A stretch of 64,000 nucleotides of DNA. Source: Candidatus Velthaea sp. Its GTDB lineage: Bacteria > Vulcanimicrobiota > Vulcanimicrobiia > Vulcanimicrobiales > Vulcanimicrobiaceae. The stretch lies in the NCBI GenBank assembly GCA_965214935.1, contig CBDCCS010000015.1, positions 1 to 64,000 of the forward strand. Direction: 5' to 3'. Below, one piece after another: positions 29,536-38,817 of the stretch (its first letter is position 1; each line of letters starts with the position of its first letter). Both the position numbers and the translations under genes were made by a program. The notes under the pieces were generated by a model. The model was not told where the DNA came from and did not search any database. It saw nothing but the letters and a program-made list of their open reading frames with translations.

Positions 29536-29981
29536 GCCGGCTGTGCAAGAAACGCGCCGATCGCCTGCGCTGCAGCGTCGTTCCATGCTCCGTTGCGTCG
29601 AGCGAGAATAACCCCGCCAGGTTCGACCACGTAAACGACGATCGACGTTCGATCGACGATCTCGAGAGCGGTGCAGAATGCGTCGACGTCGGTGAACAAC
29701 GGGACCATCGCAGCGCGCGCAGCGTCGGACGGTGCGGCCTTGCGCATCGTCGCAAGGATCATTGGTTTGAGCAGTTTCATCGCTTGGGCGATGACGGCAA
29801 ACACGCGGCCCTCGATGTGGCCGGAACGCACGTGGCGATCGACGAAACCGACCCATGTTTCGAGATCGGCGCGCTGCTCGAGATCGAAGGCCACCAAGAC
29901 GATCGTGCGTTTGCGAAACGCCGCCGGAAAGACGAGGTGCTCTCCGCTAAGATTGTCGCCAGCGACGGCCGGAAATTGCAT
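29532..29981 (-). CDS. Hypothetical protein with a thioredoxin-like fold but no CxxC, resembling bacterial ATP10-like proteins
   Basis: Pattern FPAVAGDNLSG..FP...IVLVAF..Q...TW ... YVVEPGG.I..R..G. Confidence 0.55.
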   Translation of the reverse strand: MQFPAVAGDNLSGEHLVFPAAFRKRTIVLVAFDLEQRADLETWVGFVDRHVRSGHIEGRVFAVIAQAMKLLKPMILATMRKAAPSDAARAAMVPLFTDVDAFCTALEIVDRTSIVVYVVEPGGVILARRNGAWNDAAAQAIGAFLAQPA

Positions 29982-30052
29982 GCCGTCGCTTTCCCGAAGC
30001 CATCGTCATCGCTCCTTTGCGTAAACGCGCGGCATGGTCGTGTGCCGAGTGC

Positions 30053-30628
30053 CTATTGCAAGATAACGTCGATCGGCTTACAACTGCCGTTATTCGATGC
30101 TTCGGACGAACATGCGGTGATGGCCACGATGAGATCGAATTCGGCACGCAGCACGAGTTCGTCGCCGGCTTTCGATAGCGGCGCACCGATTTCGAGCCGC
30201 CCGCCGTCACGCACGTCCACTCGCATGAACGCATTGAGCGTTCCGCCGACATCATCAGACGTTACGCCGTATGGAGCGAGGGCTTCAGCGATGTTGTTCA
30301 GGCAGCTCGGGTGGCCGGCTTGCCCGCGCAGTAAAAGAAACATCTCCGCACTGCACGGCGTCAATAACAGATCGTGAACGCCGACATCGTCGCTCACGAT
30401 CGTGAACATCACTCGGCTGCGATTGGAATATAATCGATGGCCCGTCGTGATGCGAATCGTCTCGTTGTAATCCATCGTTCGCCCGGATGAGAACATCTCG
30501 CCGGCATCCGACATGCAAATCGCCGTAATGTCCGCAACTTGCTCGCCGAACGGATCGCAAACGTGCAGATGTTGCCCGGCGCGCATCGAAAAAGCGCGTC
30601 CGCTTTGCGGCGGTATTCGGACCGGCAT
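30053..30628 (-). CDS. DUF1989 (urea carboxylase-associated / CgdAB-like) protein
   Basis: GEQVAD, LYSNR, HDLLLTPC, HPSCLNN, LNAFM and TACS putative metal-ligand motifs. Confidence 0.9.
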   Translation of the reverse strand: MPVRIPPQSGRAFSMRAGQHLHVCDPFGEQVADITAICMSDAGEMFSSGRTMDYNETIRITTGHRLYSNRSRVMFTIVSDDVGVHDLLLTPCSAEMFLLLRGQAGHPSCLNNIAEALAPYGVTSDDVGGTLNAFMRVDVRDGGRLEIGAPLSKAGDELVLRAEFDLIVAITACSSEASNNGSCKPIDVILQ

Positions 30629-30630
30629 CG

Positions 30631-31479
30631 TCAGTATACGGCAGGTGCAAACGGACAGCGCCAATCGGCTTCGACCGCACGGCCGGCGTATTGTCGCGCT
30701 TCAGAAATCGAAACGGATTCGTCGAGCATCGGGTTGATCGTGCCTTGAAGTTCGGCGTCGGCTCGACGGATTACACGCTGCATGCGGCCGAAGCCACCGT
30801 TCGTTCGCAGCCGGTCGAATTGAAAGCGCGGATTGAATGCAAGTGCCGTGAACGGCAAGCGGCGCGACCAGCGTCCGCTCAACGGATGCATGCCGACGAC
30901 AAAGAAAGCCATTTCAGCAAAACTGTAAGCGAAATCAGGATGTTGCGGGTCGGCTTGCACCGTTGAATCCCAACGGTGAAAGCGTGCGTCGTATTCATGC
31001 AGCAGTTGCAGTTGTTGCCACAGCTCGCGCTCGAATATTTGCTCGGAATGTGCCGGCGAACCGGCGAACGTCGCAATGAACGTGGCGAACGGATGAGCCG
31101 ACGCACGCAACTCCGTCGCAAAGGTAAACAGATCGCGCGCCAATCCCGCCGTGACCGACCGATCGCCGAGCAGCGGGTAGTGCGCGGTTCGTAAAGCGTC
31201 GCGCCGAACGGCCGACTTTGCGCCGACGCACGGAAAGTCCGGATGTAAAATCGCCGCTCGCAACGTGAGATCGGCGAAATACGCTTCCTGCGACGCGGGT
31301 ACGGCATCCGACAAACGCATCAGTCGACCGTCGATCTGCGTGCTGTATGCACTATGTTCGTAGGCAGCAGCACTGCTAAACGGATTGACCGACGTCGGTG
31401 AACCTTGTACGGAGCCGTGTAATCGTGCATCTGCTTGGCCATTCGGAGTATGGTCCAAGGCGGTGAACTGGCTTGCCAT
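30631..31479 (-). CDS. YqcI/YcgG-family protein (DcsA/GntA-like heme guanidine N-hydroxylase family)
   Basis: FPCVGAKSA, DP...FAYSF...FFVVGMHP, LAFNPRFQF and SEARQY motifs. Confidence 0.85.
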   Translation of the reverse strand: MASQFTALDHTPNGQADARLHGSVQGSPTSVNPFSSAAAYEHSAYSTQIDGRLMRLSDAVPASQEAYFADLTLRAAILHPDFPCVGAKSAVRRDALRTAHYPLLGDRSVTAGLARDLFTFATELRASAHPFATFIATFAGSPAHSEQIFERELWQQLQLLHEYDARFHRWDSTVQADPQHPDFAYSFAEMAFFVVGMHPLSGRWSRRLPFTALAFNPRFQFDRLRTNGGFGRMQRVIRRADAELQGTINPMLDESVSISEARQYAGRAVEADWRCPFAPAVY

Positions 31480-31587
31480 TATCCATTTGTACCATCATTC
31501 GACCGAGTCAACCGCACTAAAATGCTAGTTTTCGCCGTGTCGAGACGGGTGTGAGTTGCTCGGCAGACGGGCAACTATGAACGCACT

Positions 31588-32037
31588 ATGCTCGACGCGA
31601 TTCGCCTGTTCTCATTAACGTTTGCCATGCTTGCGGCGGCTACCGCAGCCGCCGGTGCGCAGTCCACGGCGCCGGTTTCGACGGATAGCACGGCGGCCGC
31701 GAACCCGCCGGAGAATGAACTTATCACCACTCGCGTCACGCAAGAGTTCGACGCTTGGCGACGCGGCACGATCGACCGCAAGCATTACACCGGCGCGGCG
31801 GGCGGCACGTATGACGAGTCGGTCGTGCGCGTCGTTACACCCGACCTTCAAGCGATCGGCCAGGTGCAATCGGCCACGTACCGTACGACGTCGCTCCTAC
31901 TCGGCGACCTGTTCTACCGGTACGACATTGTCGGCAGTGCGGGCACGATTTCGGTCCTATACGTTCTCGACCAAACGGGTAAAGTCGACGGGGTTACCTT
32001 TACCCCGGAAATTTTCCGCCCGGGTGGCACCCCGTAG
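31588..32037 (+). CDS. Secreted hypothetical protein
   Basis: Signal peptide ending AAGA-Q; 149 aa; fills the gap between flanking genes. Confidence 0.7.
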   Translation: MLDAIRLFSLTFAMLAAATAAAGAQSTAPVSTDSTAAANPPENELITTRVTQEFDAWRRGTIDRKHYTGAAGGTYDESVVRVVTPDLQAIGQVQSATYRTTSLLLGDLFYRYDIVGSAGTISVLYVLDQTGKVDGVTFTPEIFRPGGTP

Positions 32038-32039
32038 CG

Positions 32040-33419
32040 CTATGCGCTAACCGGCGTCTCGCCGACGAAATCATCGGCGACCCGACCGAGAATTTCGCCC
32101 ATTGTCGGATGGAGGTGCGGCATATCGGCGACATCCTGCACGGTCGCACCGCGATCGATTAAAGCAATTGCTTCGCCGATGAGGTCGATCGCATCATCAC
32201 CGACGATACCGATACCGACGATCGAGCCGTCATCAGCAGCAATCATCTTCACAAAGCCATGCGCCTGGTTTGACAACAGCGCTTTACCGATGTCGCGAAA
32301 TGGATGACGTTTGATGCGTACGGTCAACCCGCGGGCTCGGCATTGATCTTCGGTGAGGCCGGCGACCGCGAGTTGCGGTGACGTAAAAACGGCATGTGTT
32401 TCAAACCGGTCGAAGTCGGCCCGCCGCGGATGTTCCGAAAATGCATTGAGCAACGCCAGTTTACCGGTATAGGCCGCCAGATGCACGAGGCAACGCCGCC
32501 CGATAACATCACCGGCGGCAAAGATTTTGGGATTCGTCGTGCGCAAATACGGATCGACGGCAAGTTGTCCGTCGCCTGCAATGACGCCGGCGGCTGCAAG
32601 ATTCAAATTCTCAATGTTCGGACGGCGGCCCGTCGCGAGTAAAACGCTCTCAACGTGAACGCTGCCTGCTACGCCGTCGGCGACGTACGTGACGATCTTT
32701 CGATCGCCCGTCTTTGCGCAATGCTCGATTGCAGCATCGAACACAATGCTGACGCCGTCGGCACGCAGACCGGCGGCAATAACGCCGGCGAGTTCGCGAT
32801 CCTCATTGCGCAGCAAGTGCGGGCCATCTTGCAACAAGGTTACTTCCGCGCCGAGCCGCGCGAAGTATTGCGCGAACTCGCAGCCGACGGGCCCACCGCC
32901 GATAACTGCGACCGACGCCGGGATGGCGGTAAGATCGAGCACGTCATCGCTAATGAGAAAACCCGTTTCGGCTAAACCGGGAATCGGCGGCGGAACGATG
33001 TGCGAACCGGTCGCAATGATGAAACGATCCGCACTGATATGTCGCTCGCCTGTTTCGATGGTGTCGCGCGCGATAAAGCGTGCACAGCCGCGCACGAGCG
33101 GATAGTCGGTTAAGTCGGCAACGCGATCTTCACGAAAGTATTCGACGAGCTCACGTTTACGCGCGATGATCGCCGGCACGTCGACGTGCACCGGACCGGT
33201 CTTCACGCCGATCGCACTCGCGCCGTCGACGTCGCCGAGCCGTTCGGTCGAACTCAACAGTGTTTTCGCCGGCATGCATCCGCGTAAGATGCAGGTACCG
33301 CCGAGGTCGCCGGGGCCGCTCACGACAACGAGTCGATAACCGCCCGCGCGCGCCGCTTCAGCAGCTGCAAACCCGGCGGTTCCGGCGCCGATGATACATA
33401 CGTCGTAGCGCTCGTTCAC
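32040..33419 (-). CDS. Class I pyridine nucleotide-disulfide oxidoreductase (LpdA/MerA-like)
   Basis: GAGTAG, GGTCILRGCMP, GGGPVG and C-terminal HPTMGE; no terminal Cys-Cys pair. Confidence 0.9.
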   Translation of the reverse strand: MNERYDVCIIGAGTAGFAAAEAARAGGYRLVVVSGPGDLGGTCILRGCMPAKTLLSSTERLGDVDGASAIGVKTGPVHVDVPAIIARKRELVEYFREDRVADLTDYPLVRGCARFIARDTIETGERHISADRFIIATGSHIVPPPIPGLAETGFLISDDVLDLTAIPASVAVIGGGPVGCEFAQYFARLGAEVTLLQDGPHLLRNEDRELAGVIAAGLRADGVSIVFDAAIEHCAKTGDRKIVTYVADGVAGSVHVESVLLATGRRPNIENLNLAAAGVIAGDGQLAVDPYLRTTNPKIFAAGDVIGRRCLVHLAAYTGKLALLNAFSEHPRRADFDRFETHAVFTSPQLAVAGLTEDQCRARGLTVRIKRHPFRDIGKALLSNQAHGFVKMIAADDGSIVGIGIVGDDAIDLIGEAIALIDRGATVQDVADMPHLHPTMGEILGRVADDFVGETPVSA

Positions 33420-33428
33420 AGCCTGAAG

Positions 33429-33454
33429 TTACCCCCACCTCGCGCGATCGAATC
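33429..33454 (-). promoter_or_regulatory. SigB/SigF-type promoter for the oxidoreductase
   Basis: Minus strand reads GATT-N16-GGGTAA, 9 nt before the GTG start. Confidence 0.5.
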
Positions 33455-33458
33455 GCTG

Positions 33459-36400
33459 CTACGGTTGACGCACCGCCACATCCGTCACGGCGTGTGCTTG
33501 AGCTAACGTTGTTTCAAGCGCGGCATGCAATTCCGCCGCAGCGCTCAAGTGAGCCGGCAACGGCGGCTGAAACGAGGCACCGAGCGCACCGATCAGACCG
33601 CCGATCCGTTCGCGCAAGCGGTCGGGCCGTCCGACACTGTCTTCGTCGTTGCGTGCATCGGATGTCAACTCCGCACGGACGGCATCAAGCCGCACGCGCC
33701 GCGCGCGCGCCGCCGGATCGGTCCGCTTTGCCAACTTCTTTTGTTCAGCGTCGATTGTGTTGAGCGCCGTGTCGATTTGCGCGTATTCGGCATATAACTG
33801 GTGCAGGAAAGCATGGCGCTCGTTGAGCTGATCGGCCGTCCACGGGCTCGCCGGATCGGCGGTCAGGACGAAGGCCTGCTCGTGCATCGCGCCGTCGATG
33901 AAGATCCGCGCGACGTAGTGGCCGGGCAGCGCTTCGGGGCCATCTTGCGGCCCGCGATTCGGCCGGGTTGTCCCATGCCAGGGAACCGGCGGCTCCTCCA
34001 TCCCGTCCCAGGCAAGCCGATTGACCCCCGCATCATTGCTGACAAAGTATTTACGACCCTCGGCCGTATCGTACGAACCGGCAAGACGGCGCACGATGTT
34101 GCCGCCGGCATCGACGATATCGATGCGCGGACGAGCGTGCGCGCGCGTGCGTTGATAGAACGTCAGTAATGCACCCGGCGGTGGATTGGGACCGACGAAA
34201 TAGTTGTTTGGTAATGAGCCGCCGTCGCCGCTTTCGATCGGCGGCCACTGCGCGTAAAGCGTCGCCGGTCGGACGGCAAACAAATAGTTGCGGCTCGCAC
34301 GCGCTTTCGCGAGCGCCTGAATCGGCGCCAGATCGTCGAGGATGTAAAGCCCGCTGCCGTGGGTTGCGACGATGAGATCGTTGGCGACCGGCTGAATGCG
34401 CAGATCGTAAACGGGCACCGTCGGCATATTCAATTGCAACCGTTGCCACGCGCCGCCGCGATCGAGCGAGATCCAGACTCCTGTTTCCGTTCCGGCGTAA
34501 AGCACGTTCGGATTTTTGAGATCTTGACGCACCGTACGCACCGGCGTATCGCGCGGGAGATTTGCACTGATCGAACGCCACGAAGCGCCGAAATTGTCGG
34601 TTACGAACAAATACGGCGCGCGGTCACCGAGATCGTGACGGTCGATATTGGCAAAGGCAGTTCCCGCCGCAAAGCGGCCCGGTTCCACCGATTCGATCCG
34701 GCCGTACTTGGGCCACGCCGCGGAGCTTACGTTGGTCCAGTGAGCGCCGCCGTCACGCGTGAGCTGCACGAAGCCATCGTCGGTTCCCGACCAGATAACA
34801 CCGCCGTCGAGCGGCGACGGAGCGATGTCGAGCAGCGTGTCGTAGTACTCGGCGCCCGATACGTCGAGCGAAATCGGACCGCCCGACGCACGCTGATGCG
34901 CTTTTTCATTACGCGTCAGATCGGGACTGATCGGCTGCCAATGCCGTCCGCGATCGGCGCTGCGAAAGACGACGTTCCCGCCGAAGTATGCAACGTGCGG
35001 ATCTTGAGGCGAAAACGCTAAGGGCGAGTTCCAGTTGAAGCGATACGTGTTGGGCGCGAGACCTTGCCGCGTCGTAAACGGATCGCGCGGCACCGGCGAC
35101 ACATCGACGACTTGACGGGCTTTGCCGTCATAGATCGTTAGCACACCGTCTTGCGTATCGGTCCAAACCAGCGACGGATCGATCGGATCGGGCCACGCCC
35201 AGACGCCGTCACCGCCGGCTATCGAATGCCAGTCGCGGTCGAGGACGCCGATTCCGTTGCGTGAATTGGACGGCGCGCACCACGTACTATTATCTTGCAG
35301 ACCGGTGCAGACCGTGTACGGCGATTGCAAATCGTAACCGACGTGATACGTCTGCGCGAGCGCAATATTCGCGGGAGTTGCCCACGTCGATCCGCCGTCG
35401 TTCGAGATGACGAATCCGCCGTCATTTCCCTCGATGATGCGTTTTCCGTCGGCCGACCACCACAGATCGTGATTGTCGGGATGCAGCGCGCCGGTCATGT
35501 GTTTGAACGTCGTGCCTCCGTTCTTGCTTTCCGTGAGATACATCGAGAGGCTGATCACACGCCGCTCGTTGCGCGGGTCGACCCGCAGGTGAGAAAAGTA
35601 AAACGGGCGTTGCCCGGGTAGCGTGTCACGATCGGTGATGCGCCACGTGTCGCCGGCATTATCGGAGCGCCAGATCACGCCGTCGGCCGCTTGAATGACG
35701 GCGTACACGCGCTGCGGATCGCTAGGGGCGACGGCGATGCCGATTCGCCCGGTTAAACCGGACGGCAAGCCGTGCCGGAGTTTCGTCCAGGTGCGGCCGT
35801 TGTCACGCGAACGATAGAGACCGCCGGCCGGACCGCCGCTGCGAAAAATCCACGGCTCGCGCCGGAACTGCCACATACCGGCATACACCGTATCGGGGTG
35901 GCGCGGATCCCATGCAATATCGGATGCCCCGGTCGACGGGCCGAGATACAACGTCTTCGTCCACGAGCGGCCGCCGTCGGTCGTGCGGTAGACGCCACGC
36001 GCCGAATCGTCTTTCCACGGATTTCCAAGCGCGGCGACGATCGCGGTTTGAGGCCGTCTGGGGTCGATGAGAATCTTTGCGATCTGCGAAGTGCCGTCGA
36101 GTCCGCGATGCTGCCACTTTTTTCCGCCATCGGTCGAACGCCAGATGCCGTCGCCGTACGAAACGTCATTGCGCGGATTTGCTTCGCCGGTGCCGACCCA
36201 CACGTCGCGTTCGTCACGAGCCGAAACGGCGATCGCGCCGATGGCGCCGACCGGTTGTTTGGCAAAAACCGCAGTGAAACTCGTTCCGCCGTTTTGCGAT
36301 TTGTAGACGCCGCCGCCCGCACCGCCGACGTAGTACAAAAATGGATCGCGGTCGCTACCGGCAACCGCGCTTACACGTCCACCCGAGATTGCGGGTCCAA

Positions 36401-36548
36401 TCGAGCGATAGCGCAAGTGCGCGTAATCTGCGCCCGTTGTCGGAGCTTCGATCGCGCGGATTGCGCGCTGCGGATGAATGGTTGCCGCGCAAACGGGCGC
36501 AGCGCAAAGCAAGAGAGCGACGAGGAGCATGGGCGTGCGCATTGCCAT
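33459..36548 (-). CDS. Secreted BNR-repeat / VPS10-like beta-propeller protein (putative glycosyl hydrolase)
   Basis: Signal peptide, RSIGPAISGGRV and many SxDGGxTW Asp-box repeats. Confidence 0.9.
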   Translation of the reverse strand: MAMRTPMLLVALLLCAAPVCAATIHPQRAIRAIEAPTTGADYAHLRYRSIGPAISGGRVSAVAGSDRDPFLYYVGGAGGGVYKSQNGGTSFTAVFAKQPVGAIGAIAVSARDERDVWVGTGEANPRNDVSYGDGIWRSTDGGKKWQHRGLDGTSQIAKILIDPRRPQTAIVAALGNPWKDDSARGVYRTTDGGRSWTKTLYLGPSTGASDIAWDPRHPDTVYAGMWQFRREPWIFRSGGPAGGLYRSRDNGRTWTKLRHGLPSGLTGRIGIAVAPSDPQRVYAVIQAADGVIWRSDNAGDTWRITDRDTLPGQRPFYFSHLRVDPRNERRVISLSMYLTESKNGGTTFKHMTGALHPDNHDLWWSADGKRIIEGNDGGFVISNDGGSTWATPANIALAQTYHVGYDLQSPYTVCTGLQDNSTWCAPSNSRNGIGVLDRDWHSIAGGDGVWAWPDPIDPSLVWTDTQDGVLTIYDGKARQVVDVSPVPRDPFTTRQGLAPNTYRFNWNSPLAFSPQDPHVAYFGGNVVFRSADRGRHWQPISPDLTRNEKAHQRASGGPISLDVSGAEYYDTLLDIAPSPLDGGVIWSGTDDGFVQLTRDGGAHWTNVSSAAWPKYGRIESVEPGRFAAGTAFANIDRHDLGDRAPYLFVTDNFGASWRSISANLPRDTPVRTVRQDLKNPNVLYAGTETGVWISLDRGGAWQRLQLNMPTVPVYDLRIQPVANDLIVATHGSGLYILDDLAPIQALAKARASRNYLFAVRPATLYAQWPPIESGDGGSLPNNYFVGPNPPPGALLTFYQRTRAHARPRIDIVDAGGNIVRRLAGSYDTAEGRKYFVSNDAGVNRLAWDGMEEPPVPWHGTTRPNRGPQDGPEALPGHYVARIFIDGAMHEQAFVLTADPASPWTADQLNERHAFLHQLYAEYAQIDTALNTIDAEQKKLAKRTDPAARARRVRLDAVRAELTSDARNDEDSVGRPDRLRERIGGLIGALGASFQPPLPAHLSAAAELHAALETTLAQAHAVTDVAVRQP

Positions 36549-36607
36549 ACGGTTGGCCTCGCGCGATAAGCGCTCCTCGGCTTGTGACGGCGCCGCGCCG
36601 ACGGCCG

Positions 36608-37195
36608 TTAGCCGATCGGCCAAACGCGCGTCAGCATTCCATCAAACGCCGTTACAAGACCATCGGGATCGATTCGAACCAGCGTCCGCTCGCCGCTATC
36701 GAAATTCTCGAACCGGTAAACGTGCGTGCGATCTTCGACGGCCAGATACGTGTATCGATGCTCGATCAAGCGCACGTCGAGCGACGGAATTGCGATCTGT
36801 GCAACGCTGACGATCGCCGCTTCGCGCAGTTCGAGCGCCATACGCCGGATACTCAGCAACGCCGGCATCGCGGTACCGGCAATCGCGACATCGAAGCAAT
36901 GATACAGCGGCACGTCGAGTGTGCCGCCGTCCACACGTCGCCAGATACCGTCTTCATCCGCGCTCATCGACAACAGTCTGCGCTCGAATGCCACGACCTC
37001 CACATTCGCGTTGCGCACGTGCCAGCGTGAGTCGCACGTGAGTTCGTGCCGCACGCGTAGCGGCTCGTCGTTGAGAACGCCGACGATCGTACCATCCGCA
37101 ACACCGCCGGCATCGCTGATTCGAACGTGAGCGTGCTCGATACGGTCACCGTCGACCGACCGGTACACGAGCGTCCGATCGATCGTAGCGGGCAT
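36608..37195 (-). CDS. Putative glycolipid-binding domain protein
   Basis: CDSRWH, DVAIAGT, Y.FEN and RIDPDGLV pattern; TAATG overlap with ndh. Confidence 0.75.
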   Translation of the reverse strand: MPATIDRTLVYRSVDGDRIEHAHVRISDAGGVADGTIVGVLNDEPLRVRHELTCDSRWHVRNANVEVVAFERRLLSMSADEDGIWRRVDGGTLDVPLYHCFDVAIAGTAMPALLSIRRMALELREAAIVSVAQIAIPSLDVRLIEHRYTYLAVEDRTHVYRFENFDSGERTLVRIDPDGLVTAFDGMLTRVWPIG

Positions 37196-38508
37196 TACTT
37201 GGGAATAAGACCGGCCGCGACGACGGCGTTTTGATGCGAGCGTTCGGTGTATACGCGAAACTCCGCAATGTCGCGCGAGAAAAACATGTCGAGCGCCCAA
37301 TCGAAGGCGACGCGTAAACGCCGGTCGAGCCCGGGTAAGCGCGTGAGGTAGTACGAGCGCCACAAGAACCAAGCCAGAAAACCGGTGAGAATGTAACCGT
37401 TGGGAAACGCAACGACGCCGCGCCGCCCGCCCAGCGAAGCCATCGTGCCCAGTGCCGTAAAGTCGAAAGCTTTGGTCGTTTGGCTGCGCAGCGTCGCAAC
37501 GAGGTTGTCGGCGAGTGCCGGGCCTTCGCGAATGGCATGCTGCGCGGTCGGCGGGTACCAGGTGTTTTCTTTCGCGGTCGGGATCCACGCGCAGTCACCG
37601 AGCGCCCAGACGTTGCTGCGTCCGCGCACCCGCATGTCTCGCTCGGTGAAAATTCCGCCGTTACGCGCGTGTTCGACGGGCAGATCGAGAACGGCCGGAG
37701 CGGGCCGTACGCCGGCACTCCAAATGACCGTCGATGTTTCGATCCGGCGTCCGCTTTGTAACGTAATGCCGTTCTCATCGACGAGCGACACGCCGTCGCC
37801 GATTTCTAGCTTGATACCTTGCCGCGCTAAGTGCCAGGTCGTATATTCGCCCATTTTTGACGGCAGATCGGGCAAGAGCTTCTTGCCGGCTTCAACGAGC
37901 GAAATCGTTATTTCTTCAGGCCGGATCGAACGATAGTACTTGGTGACGCTACGGAACAGATCGCTTAGTTCGCCGACCGCTTCACAGCCGGTATAGCCGC
38001 CGCCGACGACGGCATACGACAGCAGCCGCGAGCGTTCGATCGGATCGACCGCGACGTCCGCGAGTTCGAGCGTCGCAATGATGCGGTTGCGCAGCGTTTC
38101 GGCGTCTTCGATCGTCTTTAACGGTACCGAACGTTCAGACACGCCCGGAATATTGAATGTCGAAGTGACCGATCCGAGCGCTAACACCAAATGATCGTAC
38201 GCGAGGGTCATTTTGGTGCCGGTGATCGTATGTTGTAAATCGACCCGCTGTGCATCGATATCGATGTGCATGATTTCACCGAGCACGTATTGCGTGCGGT
38301 CGAGTTGACTGCGCACCGGGGAAACGATATGACGTGTTTCGATACTGCCGGAAGATACTTCCGGCAACATCGGTGTAAACAGGGTGAAGTTGTCACGGCT
38401 AACGAGCGTTATCGATGCTTCACTCGCGCGTAAGCGTTTTTCAAGCCGGCGAGCCGTAGCAACGCCGGCAAAGCCGCCGCCCAAAATAACGATTTGCGGT
38501 ATTGGCAT
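37195..38508 (-). CDS. ndh: Type II NADH:quinone oxidoreductase
   Basis: GGGFAG, FTPML, YDHLVLALG, GGGYTG, WSAG, ALGDCA and AQHA motifs. Confidence 0.9.
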   Translation of the reverse strand: MPIPQIVILGGGFAGVATARRLEKRLRASEASITLVSRDNFTLFTPMLPEVSSGSIETRHIVSPVRSQLDRTQYVLGEIMHIDIDAQRVDLQHTITGTKMTLAYDHLVLALGSVTSTFNIPGVSERSVPLKTIEDAETLRNRIIATLELADVAVDPIERSRLLSYAVVGGGYTGCEAVGELSDLFRSVTKYYRSIRPEEITISLVEAGKKLLPDLPSKMGEYTTWHLARQGIKLEIGDGVSLVDENGITLQSGRRIETSTVIWSAGVRPAPAVLDLPVEHARNGGIFTERDMRVRGRSNVWALGDCAWIPTAKENTWYPPTAQHAIREGPALADNLVATLRSQTTKAFDFTALGTMASLGGRRGVVAFPNGYILTGFLAWFLWRSYYLTRLPGLDRRLRVAFDWALDMFFSRDIAEFRVYTERSHQNAVVAAGLIPK

Positions 38509-38593
38509 AGTTGTTTAGACGTTTACTTTCTCGCGACCGGCGAAACGGTTCAAACGTCCTCGGAACGCATGTTCCTTTTACGTTGAGTCCGAT

Positions 38594-38611
38594 CGTAACG
38601 TTACGTCAAGG
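38594..38611. promoter_or_regulatory. Palindromic operator-like site upstream of ndh
   Basis: Perfect 12-bp palindrome CGTAACGTTACG (38594-38605) overlapping a minus-strand TTGACG. Confidence 0.4.
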
Positions 38612-38643
38612 TTACGCGCGCAACGCTCAAAGGCCCGCATTGC

Positions 38644-38817
38644 TTAGCGGCAACGGCCGTCCCAGCCCGCATGCCGTCCGGCCGGGCAATGCATCTGGTC
38701 GCCGATCACCCATGGATGCCAGGTCATAACGACAACCGTCGCGATCGCCGTCCACAGCAAGACCCATAGCAACACGCCGAAAGCGCGTGCACGCCCGTCG
38801 CGCGGCTGCATTTGCAT
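38644..38817 (-). CDS. Small (57 aa) single-pass membrane protein, below the ORF-track cutoff
   Basis: ATG directly follows the amidase TAG; translates as MQMQPRDGRARAFGVLLWVLLWTAIATVVVMTWHPWVIGDQMHCPAGRHAGWDGRCR*. Confidence 0.65.
   Translation of the reverse strand: MQMQPRDGRARAFGVLLWVLLWTAIATVVVMTWHPWVIGDQMHCPAGRHAGWDGRCR

Noticed and set aside
30631..31479. Guanitoxin or D-cycloserine biosynthetic cluster
   Set aside because: Only the family-level homologue is present; none of the other pathway genes are in the window.
31480..31587. Guanidine-I or guanidine-II riboswitch upstream of YqcI-DUF1989
   Set aside because: I could not find the ykkC core or paired ACGR tetraloop hairpins on the sense strand.
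32040..33419. Mercuric reductase (merA)
   Set aside because: No C-terminal Cys-Cys pair, no NmerA domain and no mer genes; it has the HPTxxE motif of lipoamide dehydrogenase-like enzymes.
36608..36623. CTAA overlap as another NTA start for the VPS10-like gene
   Set aside because: An ATG with a GAGG RBS at 36548 directly precedes the signal peptide, so no non-canonical start is needed.
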